Source: Octopus vulgaris
Taxonomy: Eukaryota
Reading direction: 5' to 3'
Assembly: GCA_951406725.2 (NCBI GenBank)
Contig: OX597821.1
Coordinates: 10,602,001-10,666,000, forward strand
DNA length: 64,000 nucleotides
Shown: one piece after another, positions 56,532-64,000 of the stretch
Numbering within the stretch: the first letter of the stretch is position 1
Layout of the letters: every line of letters starts with the position of its first letter
Position numbers and translations under genes: made by a program
The notes under the pieces: generated by a model
Told to the model about the DNA's origin: nothing
What the model saw: the letters and a program-made list of their open reading frames with translations, nothing else
Database searches by the model: none

Positions 56532-59500
56532 CGAATTGTGTGCGAACGTAGGATCTTTTAAAATATCCACCTGAGATATATAGTACAGGAGATAAATAAT
56601 TCCGAATCCACTGTGAAGGTTCACGAATGTGAAGAGACACATTGGATAAGGCTCAACAGGATGTGTATTACTTCAAAACGAAACCAAATATGTAGACAAG
56701 ATGCATACGATTTGAAAGCACGAGATCATAGGTCTATTGATTTCGGACTGGCTTACATATACAGACGAATAACGAGGAAGAATAACGACGATGAGAGAGT
56801 GAAGGAAAGCTGGGATGATGGAAGATGACTATGAGAAGATTAGTAAAGAGGGGGTGGAAAAGGAGTAGGGAGGTGAGGGTGACGAAGACGACGTCTTCGT
56901 ACAGAAAATCGTACTTCACTCTCTTCCTCTTCCCCATCACCATCAATACCGTCATCATACTTATAAGCATCCTCATCGTTGTCATCATCATGCTCGAAAC
57001 CATCATCTGCGTCATTATTGTCTTTTGGAGTTGCAGACTTCTTTTGCATCTACAGAACACCCAAGTACTATCGATGAGACAGGATGGCGGAAGAATAGTT
57101 AAGCGTATACATATCAGGGCATATATTTACGACATATTGTATGGGTGAAATCGATCGTTGCTGTAATCATATGCCATTGACAATTAGACATATTACTAAT
57201 AATTATTATTTGTCAAACAAATATACGTTGTTTTCAAATACTTGGCGAAATAAAGTGTTTTGAACTTCGAATTATCACACATGAAACTGCTAATTGTTTA
57301 GATCATACGTAATCTACTGGATACGCGCATAGTACTAGATGTTATTTAAAATTGAAAAATGTGTTGTCTCATCTAAGAACAATAAGAGATGTATAAGAGT
57401 TATAAAACTTATATAACAGATCGTTCATGCGGCCGACCGTTCTCATTAAAATGTTACGCAGATCACAGTTAAATTAAATCTTGACATTTTCAAAATAGGT
57501 AAACATTTGTCATACAAGGCTTTTGACGGGATTTGTAATTTGATTGTTCTGAATGCTGATATCTCATATCCAACAAACGTGTACTAGATGCGTGTGTGCG
57601 TAATAGGGAGTTAGTCGGCGTTATTACCATCACAGTTTGTATTTGTTGAATTTCAGAGTGACACAAATCCGGAAGCTGTCATGTCAATGACCAGCATTAA
57701 AGTTCTGTAGTATATCAACTCAACAACCAACCATATGAGGTGTATATTGGATACATTTTGAAAATGACAATCACTAATGAACTTGTCTCTTTCGCACGTT
57801 TTGTCAGTAAAATAATATCTCTGGTATTGCAATACAAAAATACTTGTTTGCTGAAGGCAGTGTGACCGAGATAATTACAAATTTAAATCATTGCTATAAT
57901 TTTAAAAAAGGGGGACACCAGAAGACCTGAATTATATAAATTAATTTTTTAGTTTCCTGGATACAAAATTGTTTGTAGTAGGACTAGATCTGCTTTCAGT
58001 AAGAAATAAAATGCATAAACATTCAACGAAAGAAAAACGTCAGTAATATGGGTGTGCTATCGTATATTTCAGAAAGAACAATTTTGTTAATATGTAATTA
58101 ACAATATCTGCTTTTTTGATACCTAAACGAAAATTTCAATTTTCACATAAATGCTTAGTATGCCATTTAGTTCCAACATGACTCGCAGAACGAAATACTG
58201 CAATAGATGAAAGGAAAGTTTTAAGATAAGTGAGAAAATTAAAAGTGCTGCCAGAAAATGAAAATTGGACAAATATGTTTAGAAGATTTTCTTTTAATGC
58301 AGGTTCTTTTATATGTTAAATTATTTTTTAAGGAATTCTAGAGTAAAGGATGGCCGTTCAAAATAAATGTTTTCAGCCGTGAGCTTCAATAGATTGCTTT
58401 TACATCGACTTAAGTGTAATCAGTATCCTCGAAAGAGATTCAAAAGTATGATATCTTAAAAAGTAGTATTGAGTGGGTATCAGCATTTTTATTCTCTTTT
58501 TTAAATTGTTTACTGATAAACTAAAGAAAGATACATACTGTTCTGCTGCATTTTTACTTTGGTCTCATATTGCAAAAGCAAAATAAGAAGCGGAAAACTA
58601 AAGGGCGGCTGTCTTGCGATAATTAGAAGTATGTTAACGCATAAAATGGATGTTTAAGCAATCAGCATTTGTTGAGATACAGTTTCTGTGGGGTTTTTTT
58701 GTTTGTGTTTTTTTAATACTGTTTGCAGGAAAAACAATCATGCTTTAATAATTTACGTTTCTAATTTATGAACACGTTCCTTTGTTTTAACATTACGCAG
58801 TAATTAAGCTAATCGCTATTGCTTTTAAACATTTTGAGCAATCGGTAAACAGAAAATATCGCAAGCAATCAGTATTACCCAATATAGAGCGAAAGTTAGC
58901 TGTTTATTTGACTAGCAAGAAAGTAAGATTGGTCATCTACAGTCTTGCTTAGGCGAGATTTAACTAATCTAAGAAGTGAGATTATTGTGATGAGTATAAG
59001 TATTTTGACCGATAACTAAGTCTTTCTAAACGAAAATATTTTTCCTAATTTGGAGTCACACTATGATTTGATCAATTTGATACTCGATTGTCATCAGGGG
59101 TGTTCTTCCTGGATATATTCATCCACGAATCGTTGCGGTTACGATAATTGCCATGGGTAGTTAATAAAGACTTTGCTGCCAATAGCTTTGAAACAATCGC
59201 GTACTACATATATACCTGATGAGTATGAGAGATCATAATAATGGAAATGTAATGTAAATATATGAGTTAAACACTTTTCATCTATTGTGATGTGGTCTTG
59301 ACGCTTCTAGTTATTTTATGACGTCATCATAATGCTGGAAATCTCTTATGATCTGGTTTCTGATTCGTCTAGTCATTTTATGACGTCACCTGTGTTTCTC
59401 ATCTGCCAATGAAATATTATGTATGCAGAATATAGGGGACGAAAAGAAAGCCAAGGAATGTGAGGTTCCTCTGAACTAGAGACAATACGTTTGATCTTCG

Positions 59501-61025
59501 ACGTGGGTCCACGTTTATATATTTTAATGAGAAAATACAATGTTTAAATTCTATTATTTCTGAGTTCATTTTATATCTATCGATGACAAGCCGCACACAA
59601 TTTGAAGTCATAGATTTACACTATATTTCCAGCATTATGCTTGTAACACTTGTGTATTTTTTGTTGTTCTTAAGCTTTTCGAACGACAGCTCATCGTAGA
59701 TGTTTCGGGTAAACGCAGAATACTTCATATCTGTCGACGGAAAAGTAAAAATGGACTTCCGAATTTAAGGATATGTTTTGAATCGTGCATTGTCAATCGA
59801 GAAATACTTTGTGTTATGATATTGCATGAAGAAAGGCAGTGCCATCAAAGCTACACATCTTAACTGCAATATCAGGCAAATTACAAAGACTGTAGTCATT
59901 ACATATGTAAACAGGGGACTTAATTTCGGGAACACAACACACGCACAGTATTCGACACACTTCATACATTATCCTTTGATTACTACTCACATGCTCTCAA
60001 ATACTCACACGCACATCTGGCGCATACGCACTAACTGTGTCCCCATCTCCTGGAAAATTTAAATCAATACTATACCAAATAAAGAATACGTGATTAATAG
60101 TACAAGCAATTATGTCGTTCTGGAAATAACAAATTTTATCTTAACTCCCACGTGTATATGTCAATATATTTATGTAAATAAGGTCTGCCTTATGTCTCCT
60201 ATATACTGCATCCAAATCCCCGCCTTACGCACATAATTAGAAACTAATTTTGTTAGAAATATGATTTCAAATATATTTTGAAATCCCAATTTTAATAAAG
60301 TCTCTATTAAAAATGATGAGTAAATATAGAGTAGGCAAGTATGTCTTCGAACTCTCATCCAGCAAACAAAACAACCAAGCTGGAAATATTATCTGGAGAT
60401 CACAGATGAGACATATTTCTTTGCTTAAGGTATTAAAACAGATTCAATATATTTGACTCTTGCAGCCAACAACAGTAATATTAAAAGTAACGTTTCAATA
60501 GTGACACTTCTTCCCTAATACACCGAATAGGTTTTTGGTGGATATATCTACTTGTCTTTTCGAACTTCGATAAATTTAACAGTGACGGCGAATAAAAGTT
60601 GTAAACAACTTGACTTTCATTGTTGAATTTTCATTTTGTAAAATCCGAACGGAATTAGTATTTGCCATATATATTATGACAGCTCAGTTGCCCTCGGACA
60701 CACTGCTGCTGACTATAATATTTTAAGAACGAATATATCAGTTTATTGTTAGGTTTTGTTACTTCGACTTCCATTCTCAACATATTTTTTACAATATATA
60801 ATAAAACCAGTATTTGTATTTAATGATAATTCGTTATCTATGTATCTGTCTGCGTGTCGGTCTGTCTGTCTGTCTCTCTGCCTGTCTGACCGATTGTCCA
60901 TCAGCTTATCTCCATCTCATTGTACACTCACACACACACACACACACACGCACATACACACATATATAAACTCATATACATACGCATGGTAACACGCTTA
61001 TACCTGTTTCCATAAAGGCAGATAA

Positions 61026-61085
<60 letters not shown>

Positions 61086-61152
61086 ATATATATATGTATA
61101 TATATATGTATATATATATGTATATATATATGTATATATATATATATATATG

Positions 61153-61244
<92 letters not shown>

Positions 61245-61313
61245 GTGTAGAATATAATAAAAGGAATTCTGTACAATCTTCGTTCAACTCCATTTCTTCC
61301 ATTCACTAATTAT

Positions 61314-61360
<47 letters not shown>

Positions 61361-61640
61361 GTAAAAAAATACAAACTGGGACAAGAACGTAAAACATTAG
61401 AAGATGATACAAAAAACACGGACGGGACATTCAAAGTATTCAATCTTCAGTCAAGAACCGGATCATCTTCGCAATTTCGGCTGATTAATCTTGAGATTGC
61501 TCCGATCTGGCCAGCCCCAAAGGAAAATCTAATATATATATATATAATTAAATTCGAAATGAGGGTGAAAAAATTGGATATTAATTTAATAACACCAATT
61601 TAAACACCAGTGGCCTAGCGTATAAAAGACTGAGTTTCAG

Positions 61641-61901
61641 TAAATAATATTAATACACAACTATAATAGAGAATCCACTATGTGGACGCTCTTACGCTAG
61701 ATATAGATCCGTAAAGGGACTCAACCTCTAAGAATTGTTCTCAAGAAATAATTCAACACACGAAGAACGTAAGCGAGCAGGATAAATGAAAAATAAAGAA
61801 CATATATATGTTAGTGGTTGAGTCCCTTTGCGGATCTATATCTAGCGTAAGAGCGTCCACATAGTGGATCCCCTCTTATAGTTATGTATTAATAATATTT
61901 A
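61641..61901. repeat. Inverted repeat (61641-61731 vs 61811-61901), PLE-terminus-like
   Basis: atccactatgtggacgctcttacgctagatatagatccg.aaagggactcaacc vs its reverse complement; adjacent GAAACTCAGTC half-site on the minus strand. Confidence 0.92.
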
Positions 61902-61913
61902 TATATATATATA

Positions 61914-62409
61914 CTAGCAGAGATACCCGGCTTTGCTCGGTTACATTCAATTGAAGAATTAGACTTTTCTATTATATTTTCTGTAATGACGTGAAATATC
62001 TGTTTCGAATTTCATACAAATTGCAGATGAGGATTATTTCTCTCTTTACACACCCTAAAAAATTTGTATTCGTGCCACATGTATACCATACTACTAATTT
62101 TTAAGCACATATTCCTAAATTCCAGTGTTATTGAACCTGTTAAAAATATATTGCTCCTAAAATTGAAGGTCATGGAGCTCTAAAATGTGAGAGTTAAGGC
62201 CCCTGTCAACCAGAGAAGTTGAATTGTTGAAGATATTTTAAACTTGGGTCTTATATGTATTGTTTGAATTTCTTTGAAATAGGAAATATATGTTCACTGG
62301 GTTTGTAAAAGAGAGCAAAGCTACAGGAAGCCAAAAAACGAATGATCACAATAAGCAGTCAGTTACCCTAACCTCGTCGTTACTTGAAGTGCCTGTTCAA
62401 GAACTATGT

Positions 62410-62443
<34 letters not shown>

Positions 62444-63257
62444 CATATATGTATACATATATGTATATATATGTATACACACACACATACACACACAAAG
62501 ATAAATCGATTGATATAACTGAGTGGGCAAACAAAAATATGAGACACTTCGTAGTGCCATTTTATATTTTGATAAGCCTGGTACTTACTCTATCAGTTTC
62601 TTCTTGTGAAACCAGTAAGTTATGGGGATATAAATAAACGAACACCAGTTGTGAAGCAGTGTTGAGGGAGAAACACGAAGACACACATAGGCTTACATAT
62701 ATACATACAATTGATTTCTTTCAGTTTCTGTCTACAAAATCCACTGACCAGGATTTGGTTATTTGGTTGGTCTCAGGCTATAGCAGAAGACACATGCCAA
62801 GTTACCACACAGTGGGACTGAACTAAGAACCATGTGATTTGGAACCAAGTTTGTTACCACACAGCCACACCTGCACCTATTTATATGTGTGTGAGGGTGT
62901 GTGTGAATCGGTGTGTGTCTGTGTGTAAGTATGGGTGTATATATATATGCATGTATATATATATGCATATATATGTCTACATATTACATGTACATCTATA
63001 TATATATATATATATCTAGACATACATGTTTACATATACATGTATATCTATAGAAATACATCTATACGTATACATGTATACATATACAGCTATACATATA
63101 CATGTATACATATACATCCATATATATACATGCATATACACTTTTGCCCATGACACTCCTTGTACCCTAAGTAAGGCATGTGTAAAATTTGAATGAAATT
63201 GGTTGTGTAGTCCTCAAGTTTTGGGGATTCACACAGACAGACAGACACACATTCTCA

Positions 63258-63315
<58 letters not shown>
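61914..63315 (-). mobile_element. Non-autonomous Helitron containing a nested SINE
   Basis: Minus strand 5' A|TC(TA)nTAAAACTGAGAATGTGTGTCTGTCTGTC; 3' ccgagcaaagccgggtatctctgCTAG|T. Confidence 0.8.
62560..62878 (-). mobile_element. Diverged SINE family A nested in the Helitron
   Basis: cagtgggactgaac..gaaccatgtg...ttaccacacagccac.cctgcacct; ttctttcagtttc.gtctac.aaatccact. Confidence 0.8.
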
Positions 63316-63527
63316 TAATAGCATTCATAATTTGGTCGATAGTTCAAATATGCGCCAGTAATACTCTGACACATAAGAATACAACATTAAGTATCCAAAT
63401 ATTCTCATAAAGAATGTCCAAATAACAAGAATACATTACAAAATGATGCCGCATTATTGCTGAAGAGATTCATATAACCAGCACTAACTCATATAAAACA
63501 TATTTAAGTAGCTACAAACTCCTCGCT

Positions 63528-63695
63528 CATAAAATACAGCACAACGAAACAAAGAAAAACGACTCTGTTGTAGTTAGGCTAGCCAGAAATGTCAAATAAA
63601 TATTAAATCACCATAAAATACAGCACAACGAAACAAAGAAAAACGACTCTGTTGTAGTTAGGCTAGCCAGAAATGTCAAATAAATATTAAATCAC
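63528..63695. repeat. Perfect 84-bp tandem duplication
   Basis: 63528-63611 equals 63612-63695 (cataaaatacagcac...aatattaaatcac). Confidence 0.92.
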
Positions 63696-64000
63696 CTATA
63701 AATTCAAACCTACCATCTTAAAAAAGGGACGCTTTCAAGCTAATTTAAGTATTACGCGACGTTTTCCCCTTTTCATCACACTGGAGTGTCTCTCCTTAAG
63801 AGAAGACCTTACCTTTGCTGGCCATGTCGGTTTTTCATTGTCTTTGACGATTCTCTAACTTTGCTTTCTACTAAGTAAGAATGTCCTTCCTACTCAAACC
63901 TATTTTTAGGATTCGGAAGATGTCTGATTTGCAACTGTTAAGAAAAAGTCGGTCCCTTTAGGGCTAACCTGTAACCTGTAGAACATAGCAAAATATCATA

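Noticed and set aside
56734-57060. Acidic ORF (DDGFEHDDDNDED...)
   Set aside because: Decayed (GAT)/(GAA)-type low-complexity sequence, not a supportable CDS.
59214-59260. CTGATGA...GAAA on the plus strand
   Set aside because: No stems form around the core.
61400-61500. CTGAAGA on the minus strand within the repeat shared with 20008
   Set aside because: It is followed by GAAT rather than GAAA and has no convincing stem III or stem I.

Overview
AT-rich, microsatellite-saturated eukaryotic non-coding DNA. The repeat families look cephalopod (Octopus-like) to me; that is recognition, not a search result. I cannot support any host protein-coding gene, and almost all ORFs in the track are microsatellite translations. 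The window is a transposon graveyard: four mariner relics (one with perfect 37-bp TIRs), a Tc1/mariner MITE, two non-autonomous Helitrons with both termini, a HERO-type RLE LINE, a co-oriented cluster of R4/Dong LINE relics in (TAA)n tracts, at least three tRNA-derived SINE families, a tRNA-Lys(UUU) pseudogene and several Penelope-like (PLE) fragments. The most interesting signal is a set of at least nine minimal type-I hammerhead ribozyme motifs at seven loci, folded by eye. Several have non-canonical cores: a compensatory G3-C8 swap, C or A at position 4, C at position 9, and 41-67 nt stem II inserts. They sit in short PLE-terminus-like segments next to (TA)n tracts and are often caught in long foldback palindromes. 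All structures were read manually and need computational and biochemical confirmation.
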